Origin: Rubrobacteraceae bacterium
Lineage (GTDB): Bacteria; Actinomycetota; Rubrobacteria; Rubrobacterales; Rubrobacteraceae
Reading direction: 5' to 3'
DNA length: 64,000 bases
Assembly: GCA_965219175.1 (NCBI GenBank)
Contig: CBDCNI010000001.1
Coordinates: forward strand, 94,026-158,025
Shown one piece after another: positions 50,741-60,218 of the stretch (positions are counted from its first letter, which is position 1; each line of letters opens with the position of its first letter). Under the pieces are notes generated by a model, which saw nothing but the letters and a program-made list of their open reading frames with translations, was not told the origin of the DNA and made no database searches. Both the position numbers and the translations under genes were made by a program.

Positions 50741-52264
50741 CTACGTCGTCTCCGGCTCGCGGCTCGGCCCGGTTTGGCGGCTCGGGATGAGGCTGAGGAG
50801 CAGGTACGCTATCGCGGCGACTGTGAAGGTGAAGAAGAGTCCGTAGGTGTAGAGGCTGTCTATGAAGGTCGGGTTGGAGATGACGCCACCGGGGGTCGTG
50901 GCTGCTTTTAGGAAGCCGGGAACGACCGGGATGACGCCGATGAAGACGGCGATTATGGCCTTCCAGTTCCAGCCGCCGGAGTAGGCGTATTTGCCGTCGG
51001 GTTTGTAGAGGTCGGTGAGGTCGAGTTGGGTGCGGCGGAGGATCCAGTAGTCCGCGATCATCACCGCCCCGATGGCCCCGAGCAAGCTCCCGTAACCCAC
51101 GAGCCAGGTAAAGATGTATGCCCCGGCGTCGTTGAACAGCACCCACGGGAAAGAGACGATGCCGATGACGGCGGTGATCATACCGCCCATCTTGAACGAG
51201 ATGTACTTAGGGGCGAGGTTCGAGAAGTCGTTGGAAGGAGAAACGACGTTCGCGGCCATGTTCGTCGAGATCTGGGCTATGACTATGACTATCATCGCAC
51301 CAATGAGCAGTGCTGGGATGGGGCCTGCGATGCGGGTGACGAGGTCCACGGGGTTCCAGATAGCCTTGCCGTAGATGACGACGGTGGCCGCCGTCACCGC
51401 AATACCTATAAAGCTGAACGCCGTCATCGTGAGCGGCAGCGTAATCGCCTGACTTATAGTCTGGGAACGCTGGTTTTTGGCGAACCGCGTAAAGTCCGGG
51501 ACGTTCAGAGAGAGCGTGACCCAGTAGCCGACATTCGCCGCCAGCCCGGACCAGAAGAGCGTCCAGAACGGGGTGCTCCCACCCTGGAGCTTCGAAGACG
51601 CCGAGAACACGTTGCCGATCCCGCCACCGGCGCTAAAGCCCCAGATGAGCAGCACGACGCCGCCGGCCAGCAAGAGAGGCGCCGCGAACGACTCGAAGAC
51701 CTTTATACCCTCGATGCCGGTCAGGATGATGACGACCTGCACGACCCAGAAGATGAGGAACGTGATCCCGGTATGTCCGGCTACGTTCGCCCAGCCTCCC
51801 CAGAAGGCGGTCAGCATGGCGTCGAGGGCGAGGCCGCCGATCCAGGTCTGCAGCCCGAACCAGCCGCAGGCGACGAGCGCGCGGGCCATGGCGGCGAAGT
51901 TCGCGCCGGTCACGCCGAAAGAGGATCGGACGAAGACCGGGAACGGGACGCCGTACTTGGTACCGGCGTGAGCGTTCAGGAGCAGCGGGATCAGGACGAT
52001 CACGTTCCCGAGGGCGATGGTCAGGAGCGCCTGCCACCAGATCATGCCGGCGGCGATCAAACCGGAAGCAAGCGTATAGGTCGTTATGACTATCGAGATA
52101 CCGACCCACAGCGCCACGAAATTGTACGTCGTCCAAGTCCGCTCTTCCGGCCCGGTCGGCGCCAGGTCCTCGTTGTAGAGAGGCGAGAGGCTCACGTCGG
52201 CCTTTATTCGCGCCAACTCCGCCCGATCGTTTATCGCAAGATCCCTGAACTCTTCCCGCTCCAT
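50741..52264 (-). CDS. NCS1 family nucleobase/hydantoin/allantoin:cation symporter
   Basis: NEDLAPTGPEERTW, 12 TM pattern, GVPFPVFVRSSFG, typical of Mhp1/PucI/Fur-type NCS1. Confidence 0.9.
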   Translation of the reverse strand: MEREEFRDLAINDRAELARIKADVSLSPLYNEDLAPTGPEERTWTTYNFVALWVGISIVITTYTLASGLIAAGMIWWQALLTIALGNVIVLIPLLLNAHAGTKYGVPFPVFVRSSFGVTGANFAAMARALVACGWFGLQTWIGGLALDAMLTAFWGGWANVAGHTGITFLIFWVVQVVIILTGIEGIKVFESFAAPLLLAGGVVLLIWGFSAGGGIGNVFSASSKLQGGSTPFWTLFWSGLAANVGYWVTLSLNVPDFTRFAKNQRSQTISQAITLPLTMTAFSFIGIAVTAATVVIYGKAIWNPVDLVTRIAGPIPALLIGAMIVIVIAQISTNMAANVVSPSNDFSNLAPKYISFKMGGMITAVIGIVSFPWVLFNDAGAYIFTWLVGYGSLLGAIGAVMIADYWILRRTQLDLTDLYKPDGKYAYSGGWNWKAIIAVFIGVIPVVPGFLKAATTPGGVISNPTFIDSLYTYGLFFTFTVAAIAYLLLSLIPSRQTGPSREPETT

Positions 52265-52286
52265 CTCTCCCCTTTCTCCGCCCGTC

Positions 52287-53198
52287 CTAGCTCATCTTCG
52301 ACGCGAGCGTCTTTATGACCTCTGTAAGCACCTCACTCCGCCACTGTTTATCCGCCTTCAGGCTGTTGCCGCCTGTGACCTGCTGGCCCAGCACCCAGAA
52401 GCTGAAGTGGCCTTTGATGCACTGGATCTCATTGCCGTCCCAGAAGCAATCAGCGCCCCCGAGGCTCTTTCCATAGTCCTTATACTGGTCCGGGTACTTC
52501 TTCGCGGTCTCCTTCTGCTGCGCTTTGGCCTCTTTGTACTGCTGCTCGATGAGTTTCGGGGCGGCGACTCCTTGCAAGCTCACAGTGACGGTAGACGGCT
52601 GGTCCGGCCCATACGGATCAGACGGACGGGGCAGCTTATAGTCACAACTGGAGTAGTTCGGGGTCTCGCCGCCCCCGAGGAACTCCGCGTGCTGGCCGAC
52701 GCGGGAGATCTTCTTTACCTGGGGAACTATATTCTGGATCTCCTTGTCCGAGAGCATCTTGCAGGCGCCCGGCCACAGCTTGGGGTCCTCGTTGCCGTTC
52801 GCGCCGATCCGAACCGGGAACTTCTCCCCACCGCCCGCCTGCGCCTTTTGGGTTGACGGTTCAGGCGCGACGCCGACCGTCGTGGCACCGGTCGTAGGTC
52901 CGACCATAGTAGTTCCACTGGTCATCTGCATGGTAGTTGCGTTGCCCATCGCCGACGTGGCGGAGGTGGAGGCGCTCGTCATCGCGAGCGTCGTCCCGCC
53001 CGCCGGAGAGGCCGCCGTGCTCGCCAGCTGCGACGATGACTTCTTCGCCTGCTTCCCGGAAGATTTCTTCGGCGCCTGCTGCTTCGAGGAGTCCGTGGAC
53101 GACTGACCACACCCACCGACGACCAGAACGCAGACGATGGCGAGCGCCAGAAAGCCAAAACGCGCCAGGCTCCGGGTACTCTTCCAGCTTTCGTTCAA
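52287..53198 (-). CDS. lipoprotein of unknown function with Ser/Thr/Ala-rich linker
   Basis: Signal plus lipobox LVVGGCG, about 110 aa of low complexity, then a Cys-containing globular domain (GACKMLSDKEI...SSCDY...GADCFWDGNEIQC), possibly DUF3558-like. Confidence 0.65.
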   Translation of the reverse strand: MNESWKSTRSLARFGFLALAIVCVLVVGGCGQSSTDSSKQQAPKKSSGKQAKKSSSQLASTAASPAGGTTLAMTSASTSATSAMGNATTMQMTSGTTMVGPTTGATTVGVAPEPSTQKAQAGGGEKFPVRIGANGNEDPKLWPGACKMLSDKEIQNIVPQVKKISRVGQHAEFLGGGETPNYSSCDYKLPRPSDPYGPDQPSTVTVSLQGVAAPKLIEQQYKEAKAQQKETAKKYPDQYKDYGKSLGGADCFWDGNEIQCIKGHFSFWVLGQQVTGGNSLKADKQWRSEVLTEVIKTLASKMS

Positions 53199-53214
53199 AC
53201 TCTCTCCCTTACTC

Positions 53215-54459
53215 TTACGGACGGCTCGCCGCCCAGTCCATCGTGCGTACCGCGAGCCGGTGCAGCGCTTTCACGGACGACTCGATGTCTTCTTCGGGCG
53301 TGTCCTCTTCTTTGGTGTGGCTTAGACCGCGCAGGCTTTTTACGAAGAGCATCACCGTTGGCATCGAGCGGGCCATCTCGGCCGCGTCGTGCAGCGGGCC
53401 GCTCGGTAGCCGGTGCGAAGAGCCAGCGACCTCCGTTATCGCCTCTTCGGCAAGCTCGATAAGCTCGTCGTCGAACGGTAGCGGCTCTATCCGCCAGAGC
53501 CTCTCCCACTCTACGGAAACGCCTTCTTCCTCGGCGATGCTTTCGGTGGCTTCCCGCGCCTTGTCGAGCATGTCGGCGAGCACGTCGGCGTCGAGCGCCC
53601 GCTGGTCGAGGGACATCTCGCAGAAGCCGTTGAACGCCGTGACGATCGCCGGGGAGACGTTGACGAAGCCGGTCGTGGCCCGCACGTCGTCGCGGCGCGC
53701 AGCATCGTCCCGGAACGAGATCGCCGAACGGGCCGCCGCGATGAACGCGTCCCGTCTAACATCCATCGGCGTCGAGCCGGAGTGGGCGTGCTGGCCGGTA
53801 AACCGGATCGCATGCCGCTCCACCCCGAAAGTACCGAGCACCGCCCCGAGCGGCAGGTCCATCCTCTCCAGCACCGGCCCCTGCTCGATGTGTAGCTCCA
53901 GATACGCAGCGGCGTTCTCTAGCTGATGGTGCGACTCCTTCATCCGGTCGAGCTCGACGCCGTGCTCCCGCAAAGCGTCCGGGAGGGTGACGCCGTCCTT
54001 GTCTTTCATCTCCCGCACTTCGTCGAGATCGAGGGAGCCGGAGGTCGCGCTGGACCCTAGCAGGCTCCGCCCGAAACGCGCCCCCTCCTCGTCAGCCCAG
54101 TCAACGAGTCGGAGCGTAACCGGGCGCTGCTCGGGAGCGAGGACGCGCAGGGATTCGAGGGCGGCTATGGTGTTGAGGCAGCCGTCGAGCCAGCCTCCCT
54201 GCGGCACGGAGTCCATGTGGCCGCCTAGGATGACGGCCTTCTCGGAGTCACCGGGGGCGGTCGCCCAGAGGTTACCGGCCTCGTCGGTCTCTATCTCCAG
54301 GCCGTCTATTTCCTCCAACTTGCCGCGCAACCACTCGCGGGCCTGCTTCCACGTATCGGTCCAGGCGACCCTGCGGGCGCCGTCCGGACCGCCAGTGAGC
54401 TGCGCAAGCTCCTTCAGCTCTTCGACGGCGCGGCGGGAATCTACCTGTTCGGCCTGCAC
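53215..54459 (-). CDS. M20-family Zn-dependent amidohydrolase (N-carbamoyl-amino acid / beta-ureidopropionase / allantoate amidohydrolase type)
   Basis: GPDGARRVAWTD, AGNLWA, ILGGHMDSVPQGGWLDG, FTGQHAHSGSTPM. This is the hydantoinase/carbamoylase-family amidase pattern. Confidence 0.85.
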   Translation of the reverse strand: MQAEQVDSRRAVEELKELAQLTGGPDGARRVAWTDTWKQAREWLRGKLEEIDGLEIETDEAGNLWATAPGDSEKAVILGGHMDSVPQGGWLDGCLNTIAALESLRVLAPEQRPVTLRLVDWADEEGARFGRSLLGSSATSGSLDLDEVREMKDKDGVTLPDALREHGVELDRMKESHHQLENAAAYLELHIEQGPVLERMDLPLGAVLGTFGVERHAIRFTGQHAHSGSTPMDVRRDAFIAAARSAISFRDDAARRDDVRATTGFVNVSPAIVTAFNGFCEMSLDQRALDADVLADMLDKAREATESIAEEEGVSVEWERLWRIEPLPFDDELIELAEEAITEVAGSSHRLPSGPLHDAAEMARSMPTVMLFVKSLRGLSHTKEEDTPEEDIESSVKALHRLAVRTMDWAASRP

Positions 54460-55778
54460 TAGCCGACCTTCTCGGTTGCCCCGACCTCGGCCAGCGCCTC
54501 CTCGAAGACGTTGGCCGCTTCTTTCGCCGCCTCGCGTGTGATGGTGAGCGGTGGGGAGATGCGGAGGGCGTTCGCCCCGATGCCGCCCTTACCTACGAGG
54601 ACACCGCGCTCCCGGCAGGCCTGCATGAAGCGCGTCGCAGCAGACGGGTTCGGCTCGCCGCCCGGCCCGACCATCTCAAGGGCGAGCATCAGGCCGCGCC
54701 CGCGCACCTCGCCGACCACCGGGCTGTCTTCCGCCATCTTTATGAGGCGGTCCTTGAGATAGCCGCCTACTTCATCGGCGTTGTTCTGGAGGTCGTTTTC
54801 GATGATGTAGTTCAGGTTGGCGAGGGCACCGGCTGAGGCTACGTGGTTGCCGCCGAAGGTCGAGACGTGGAGCTTGCCGGAGATGGAGTCTATGACCTCG
54901 GCGCGGCCCATTACGGCGCCGATGGCGAGGCCGTTACCGAGGCCCTTAGCCATCGTGATCAGGTCCGGCTCGATCCCCGACTCCTCTATTCCCCAGAAGT
55001 GGGAGCCGGTCCTACCGAACGCCGTCTGGACCTCATCCGAGATGTACAGGATGCCGGTCTCGTCCAGCACTTCCTTGACTCCCGCTATGTACTCCGGCGG
55101 TAGCTCTATAAAGCCCCCGACGCCCTGTATAGGCTCGGCGATAAAGGCGGCGACGTGGCCGGTCGTGGCCGTTTGAACCACGTTGCGGAGGTCGTCGGCG
55201 CAGGCGCGGGCAAATTCTGGGTCGCCTTTTTTGAATGGTCCGTAGAGAGAGGAGTAGGCGTGATGCGGGGGCATAGCGTAGGTTACGTCCAGGGCGGAGC
55301 GGGAGGTGGGGCGCCACGAGCCCTGGCCGGTAATGCCCATCGTCCCGAACGAGCCGCCGTGGTAAGAGCCGCGCAGGGCGAGGATCTCACTGGAGCGCCG
55401 GTACTGCGTCGCGAAGAGCAGCGCCGCCTCGTTCGCCTCGCTGCCGCTGGAGACGAAGAATACTTTCTGGTCGCCGGAGATCGGGGACAGCTCGATGAGC
55501 TTCTCGGCCAGCTTTACCTGGTTCTCTATGAGGTATAGGGTCGAGGAGTGGAGGATCTTCCCTGCCTGCTCCCGGACGGCCTCGACGATCTCCGGGATGT
55601 CGTGGCCGCTGATGGTGGTGACGATGCCGCCGAAGAAGTCGAGGTACTCGTTGCCTTCGGAGTCCCAGACCTTGAAGCCCTCGCCGTGCGTCAGCTCCAT
55701 CGGCTCGTCGTAGTAGAGTGAGATCCACTCGGGTACAACCGCCTTGTGCCGCCGGAGCAACTCATCCGGGTTCGTCAT
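54459..55778 (-). CDS. class III pyridoxal-phosphate aminotransferase
   Basis: SGSEANEAALLFA, DEVQTAFGRTG and the PLP-lysine context LITMAKGLGNG. Shares 1 nt with the downstream amidohydrolase ORF and 4 nt with the upstream hydantoinase ORF. Confidence 0.9.
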   Translation of the reverse strand: MTNPDELLRRHKAVVPEWISLYYDEPMELTHGEGFKVWDSEGNEYLDFFGGIVTTISGHDIPEIVEAVREQAGKILHSSTLYLIENQVKLAEKLIELSPISGDQKVFFVSSGSEANEAALLFATQYRRSSEILALRGSYHGGSFGTMGITGQGSWRPTSRSALDVTYAMPPHHAYSSLYGPFKKGDPEFARACADDLRNVVQTATTGHVAAFIAEPIQGVGGFIELPPEYIAGVKEVLDETGILYISDEVQTAFGRTGSHFWGIEESGIEPDLITMAKGLGNGLAIGAVMGRAEVIDSISGKLHVSTFGGNHVASAGALANLNYIIENDLQNNADEVGGYLKDRLIKMAEDSPVVGEVRGRGLMLALEMVGPGGEPNPSAATRFMQACRERGVLVGKGGIGANALRISPPLTITREAAKEAANVFEEALAEVGATEKVG

Positions 55779-57178
55779 ACTCGCACCTCCACATCCGGAG
55801 CCGTGAAGCTCCGCTCGATAAATTTCCCGTTTCCGCGCTCCCCGACTACTTCTCCATCCTTATACACGAGCCCGCCCCGCACGTAAACTGCCACCGGACC
55901 GCCGTGGAAACTCATCCCTTCATACGGCGTGTAGTCCACGTTGCCGTGCCGGTTCTCTACCGTCGCCGTTGTCGAAAGCTCCGGGTCCCAGAGCACGACG
56001 TCCGCGTCCGCGCCGGGCGCCAGGGTCCCTTTTTTCGGATACGCTCCGTAGATCCTCGCCTGGTTGGTGGAGAGTACGGCGACGAACTGGTTCTCGGAGA
56101 GCTTTCCCTCGCGCACCCCGAGCGTCCAGAGCGCCATCGCCCTTTCTTCGGCGCCGGGCAGACCGTTCGGGATGTTGACGAAGTTGTCCCGGCCGAGCTC
56201 CTTCTGTCCTTCGTAGTTGAACGCGCAGTGGTCGGAGCCGAAGATCTGCAAATCCCCGAACTTCAGGCCGTTCCACAGCGCCGGACGGTTCGACGGGTCG
56301 CGAAGCGGCGGAGAGCAGACATACTTGGCGCCCTCGAAACCTTCACGGTCCAGGTCTTCGTATTCGAGGGCGAAGTATTGCGGGCAGGTCTCAGCGTAGA
56401 CCTTCTGGCCGCGTTCGTGGGCGCGGTGGATCTCCTCCAGAGCCGCCGCGCAGGAGACGTGGACGATCAGGATCGGGGCTCCGGCAACCTCCGCGAGCCT
56501 TATTGCCCTCCCCGTCGCCTCGGCTTCTACTTCTACTGGACGTGTCAGGGCGTGGAACTTGGGGGCGATGTCGCCACGGGCGAGAGCCTGCTCCTGGAGT
56601 TTGGAGATCACATCCCCGTTCTCGGCGTGTACGAGCACGAGAACCCCGGCGTCCTTCGAGAGTTGCAAGACCTCGAAGAGGTCGTCGTCCTCGGTGTAGA
56701 GGGGCGTTCCCTTGTAGGCCATGAATATCTTGACGGACGCGACGCCTTTCTCCGCCAGGCTCGGCAACTCGTCCTTTATATCGTCGCGCAGGTCGGTGAT
56801 GGCAACGTGGAAACCGTAGTCTATTACCGCCTTGCCGCGGGCTTTCTCCGTCCAGGTGTCGAAAGCGCCGGCGAGCGTGCCGCCCTCTTCCTGTAGGGCG
56901 AAGTCGATGATCGTGGTGGTGCCGCCGGCCGCCGCCGCTTCCGTGCCGGTCGCCCAGTCATCGGCCGCCACGGTCCCCCCGAAGGGCATATCCATGTGCG
57001 TATGGGCATCTATAAAGCCCGGCATGACGAGCTTGCCGCCCGCTTCCACCGTCTCGGCCCCGTTGGCGTCGAGGTTCGTACCGACGGCGGAGACTTTTCC
57101 GTCCTCCACGAGCACGTCCGCCTGGTAGCTGCCCTCTGCGGTCACGACCGTCCCGCCGCTAAAGAGTAATTTCGTCAT
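55775..57178 (-). CDS. dihydropyrimidinase / D-hydantoinase
   Basis: From ATG 57178: GGTVVTAEG...DVLVEDGKV, PGFIDAHTHMDMPFGGT, the carboxylated-lysine context VKIFMAYKG, LVHAENGD, GSDHC. Confidence 0.9.
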   Translation of the reverse strand: MTKLLFSGGTVVTAEGSYQADVLVEDGKVSAVGTNLDANGAETVEAGGKLVMPGFIDAHTHMDMPFGGTVAADDWATGTEAAAAGGTTTIIDFALQEEGGTLAGAFDTWTEKARGKAVIDYGFHVAITDLRDDIKDELPSLAEKGVASVKIFMAYKGTPLYTEDDDLFEVLQLSKDAGVLVLVHAENGDVISKLQEQALARGDIAPKFHALTRPVEVEAEATGRAIRLAEVAGAPILIVHVSCAAALEEIHRAHERGQKVYAETCPQYFALEYEDLDREGFEGAKYVCSPPLRDPSNRPALWNGLKFGDLQIFGSDHCAFNYEGQKELGRDNFVNIPNGLPGAEERAMALWTLGVREGKLSENQFVAVLSTNQARIYGAYPKKGTLAPGADADVVLWDPELSTTATVENRHGNVDYTPYEGMSFHGGPVAVYVRGGLVYKDGEVVGERGNGKFIERSFTAPDVEVRV

Positions 57179-57206
57179 CTGTCCGCTCCTTTCCCGAGTT
57201 CTTATT

Positions 57207-58679
57207 CTACGCTTCGGTCTTTTCGGCCCGCGACGGCTCGCCGGCCTCTTCTCGGACTTCATCCCCACCGCCGCGTCCGGTCACTATGCCGAGCCGGTAG
57301 AGAGAATAATAGAGCAATCCGGCGATGAGCATGCCGGCCGCCCACGAGAGGTCGAGGCCGCCCGTCGCGCGGGCGATTGGACCCTGGAGCGGCCCGACGA
57401 GACCGTAGAGGAACATCCAGGTGATTACGAGCCCGGCGAGCAGGGAGCCGACCGCCGCCCAGTTTACGTCGCCCACCCGTGACTCCGCAGGCGACTGGTA
57501 GAGGGCATCGATATCGATATCTTCGCGCCGGATGATGTAGAAGTGGACCAGCATGATCGCCGCCCAAGGACTCGCCCACGCGACGACGCCCGCCAGCCAC
57601 GAGTCGAGCTGCGCGGCGATGTTTCCCTCGAAGACCAGGTAGATCGTGAAAGCCGTCGCAAAGACCCCGACGACCATCGCCAGCACGTCGCGGCGTACCT
57701 TGATGTCGAGGGCGAGCGCCGAGACCGACGTTGAGTAGACGTTCAAGATGTTGGTGGCGATAGGTCCGTGGAGTACCAGGAACAGAACAGGGATCGCCAG
57801 GGCGCCGAACGTGTTCACGATTATGACCGCCGGGTCGGCGCCCGTGCCCGTCGTTGCGATGGACGCCCCGAGCACCCCGAGCCACATCACCGGCACGAAC
57901 TGCCCGAGAGCGCCCGCCAGAAACAGTCTCTTCCTGGGAACAGAGCGCGGGACGAAGCGGGAGTAGTCCGAGGCGTAGGCGAGCCAGGTGATCCCCCACC
58001 CGATGCCGATGGCGGTCATGACCTGGCTGATGGCCGTCCAGCGGGCGGCGCCTTCGGCTTTTCCGGCGAAGCCCCACTGGATGTCGCCGCCGGTCCACGC
58101 GACGATGGACATGGCGGCCAGGATGACGAGCGTAACGGGGACCGTCCACTTCTCGAAGGTACGGATAGCGTAGAAGCCGAGTACGGCGAGCCCGACCTGA
58201 ATAGCCATCAGAAAGAGTACCAGGATGATCTTCACGAGCGCCGTCTCGGGGAGGCCGAGTTGCTTGAGGAGGGCGACACCGAGATCGAGGATTATCCAGG
58301 TGTTTATGGCGATCCAACCGGTCGCGATTATCACCTGGAAGAAAGCGGGCAGGTACGCCCCCCGACGCCCGAACGCGCTGCGGGAGAGAACCATCTGCGT
58401 AACACCCGTGCGCTGTCCCATCAGCACGAAAGCCCCGAAGATCGTCACCCCGATGGCGTTGCCGACGGCCAGCACTATAACCGTCTCCCAGAACCCGAGT
58501 CCCAGCACGATGCCGAGCGCTCCCAGCACCCAGTTGATCGGGGCGATGTTGGCGCCGCCCCAGATCCAGAACTGGTCCAACGCCGTCGCGTCCCGATACT
58601 CCTCCGGCACCGGCGCGATGCTATTGTGCTTCTCGACGTGCGTAGCTTCCGCTATCTCACCCTCGTACCGTTCGCTCAT
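57207..58679 (-). CDS. purine-cytosine permease (CodB-type NCS1)
   Basis: 490 aa, 12 TM. The N-terminal region with FWIWGGANIAPINW is characteristic of cytosine/purine permeases. It lies adjacent to codA. Confidence 0.85.
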   Translation of the reverse strand: MSERYEGEIAEATHVEKHNSIAPVPEEYRDATALDQFWIWGGANIAPINWVLGALGIVLGLGFWETVIVLAVGNAIGVTIFGAFVLMGQRTGVTQMVLSRSAFGRRGAYLPAFFQVIIATGWIAINTWIILDLGVALLKQLGLPETALVKIILVLFLMAIQVGLAVLGFYAIRTFEKWTVPVTLVILAAMSIVAWTGGDIQWGFAGKAEGAARWTAISQVMTAIGIGWGITWLAYASDYSRFVPRSVPRKRLFLAGALGQFVPVMWLGVLGASIATTGTGADPAVIIVNTFGALAIPVLFLVLHGPIATNILNVYSTSVSALALDIKVRRDVLAMVVGVFATAFTIYLVFEGNIAAQLDSWLAGVVAWASPWAAIMLVHFYIIRREDIDIDALYQSPAESRVGDVNWAAVGSLLAGLVITWMFLYGLVGPLQGPIARATGGLDLSWAAGMLIAGLLYYSLYRLGIVTGRGGGDEVREEAGEPSRAEKTEA

Positions 58680-58723
58680 TCCCGCTCCGTTCTCGTCTGT
58701 TTGCTACGCACCACGAGCCTCAT

Positions 58724-59977
58724 CTACCTCTCGAAATCGACGACTTCACCCATCAGCTTGCTCTCGGCCGGACGCGTCTCGGAGATCACCACTCCCTCCC
58801 GGACGACGAGCGTAGTGCTCGCCAGCCGGCGCATCGCCTCCCATTTATCCGGCGCGTCCACTAACACGAAGCTCGCCGGTTTCCCTTCCTCTATCCCATA
58901 CTCCTCGACGCCGAGTGTGCGGGCAGCGTTCCGGGTAACCATGTCGAAGCAGGCCGTGACCTCCTCACGGCTCGTCATGTGGCAGGCGTGGACCGCCATG
59001 TACGCGGGCTGGAGCATTCCGCCGGTCCCGAGCGGGTACCACGGGTCCATCACGTCGTCGTAACCCAAAGAGACATTAAGGCCGTTCTGCCAAAGCTCCT
59101 TGACGCGGGTGACGCCGCGTCGTTTCGGGTAAGCATCGTAGCGACCCTGGAGGGTTATGTTGATGAGCGGGTTCGCCACGAAGTTTATGTCCGACTTCAC
59201 CAGGAACCCCATCAACTTGAAGGCATAGGCGTTGTCGTAGGAGCCAAAGGCGGCCGTGTGGCTCGCCGTCACGCGTCCGCCCATCCCGGTTCGAATGGCC
59301 TCGGCCGCCATGACTTCCAGAAAGCGTGACTCTGGATCGTCGGTCTCGTCGCAGTGGATGTCTATTGGCAAGTCGTACTTCTCGGCGAGCCGGAAGCTCT
59401 CCTTGACGGACTCGGCGCCCATCTCACGGGTGTGCTCGAAGTGTGGAATGCCGCCGACGACGTCCGCGCCGAGCTTCAGCGCTTCCTCCATAAGCTCCAC
59501 GCCTCCCGGATAAGAGGTCATGCCCTCCTGGGGGAAAGCGACGATCTGCACCCCGATCCAGTCGCGCACCTTCTCTCTAACTTCGAGCAGCGCCTTGAGG
59601 CCGGTAAGCTCCGGGTCGGTCACGTCTACGTGGGTGCGGACGTGGAGGACACCCTGGGCCGCCTGCCAGCGGAGGAGCTTCGTTGCGCGCTCCACAACGT
59701 CCTCGCGGGAGATCTTCTTCTTTCGTTCGGACCATATCTGGATGCCCTCGAACAGAGTCCCGGACTCGTTCCAGCGCGGGTCTCCGGCGGTCAGGGTAGT
59801 GTCGAGGTGGACGTGTGACTCCATGAACGGCGGTGAAACCAGGCGGCCTCTAGCGTCTATCTCGCGTTCGGCTTGCTCCTCGATGCGCGGCGATATCCGT
59901 TGGATCCCACCCTCTGCCACACCGATGTCAACCAGTTCGCCGTCGAGACGGGCGCCTCGCAGGATCCACTCGTACAA
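58724..59977 (-). CDS. codA: cytosine deaminase
   Basis: Near-colinear with my recollection of E. coli CodA: PPFMESHVHLDTTLTAGDPRWNESGTLFEGIQIWSERK, VRTHVDV, QIVAFPQEG, IPHFEHTRE, IDIHCDETDD, VTASHT, FVANPLINITLQGR, DDVMDPWYPLGT. TTG start. Confidence 0.9.
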   Translation of the reverse strand: MYEWILRGARLDGELVDIGVAEGGIQRISPRIEEQAEREIDARGRLVSPPFMESHVHLDTTLTAGDPRWNESGTLFEGIQIWSERKKKISREDVVERATKLLRWQAAQGVLHVRTHVDVTDPELTGLKALLEVREKVRDWIGVQIVAFPQEGMTSYPGGVELMEEALKLGADVVGGIPHFEHTREMGAESVKESFRLAEKYDLPIDIHCDETDDPESRFLEVMAAEAIRTGMGGRVTASHTAAFGSYDNAYAFKLMGFLVKSDINFVANPLINITLQGRYDAYPKRRGVTRVKELWQNGLNVSLGYDDVMDPWYPLGTGGMLQPAYMAVHACHMTSREEVTACFDMVTRNAARTLGVEEYGIEEGKPASFVLVDAPDKWEAMRRLASTTLVVREGVVISETRPAESKLMGEVVDFER

Positions 59978-60218
59978 AAGCCGAACCTCCTCCTCGGATC
60001 CATCATTGCCGCAACTGCCTCCTTTGGAACCGAATAGCTTCCGCCAGCGAGGCCCTGCAGCTTCTCCAGACCTTTCGCCCGCATTATAGGGATCTGGTAG
60101 CGTAACTGTAACCGTGTATAAAACGCGTCGTCGTGCGCCAGCAACCGCCGGACGCCACGACCGGAGGTGGCAGGCATTTTACAGCCCACTACCCCCGGCC
60201 GGGTTCCTCTACGTTGTA

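Noticed and set aside
51026-52318. 430-aa plus-strand ORF
   Set aside because: It is antisense to the NCS1 permease at 50741-52264, with an Arg/Asp/Glu/Pro-rich non-protein-like sequence.
55718-56896. 392-aa plus-strand ORF
   Set aside because: It is antisense to the well-supported dihydropyrimidinase gene. Its Arg/Pro/Gly/Val-rich composition is typical of spurious antisense frames in high-GC DNA, and I recognise no motif.
57768-59063. 431-aa plus-strand ORF
   Set aside because: It is antisense to the CodB-type permease and codA. It has a low-complexity Arg/Asp/Gly/Pro composition. Both minus-strand genes have strong family signatures.
59978-60218. Small ORF or leader (MRAKGLEKLQGLAGGSYSVPKEAVAAMMDPRRR...) upstream of codA
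   Set aside because: It belongs to the Arg-rich shadow frame 59857-61227, has no convincing SD and overlaps the codA start out of frame. The evidence is insufficient.
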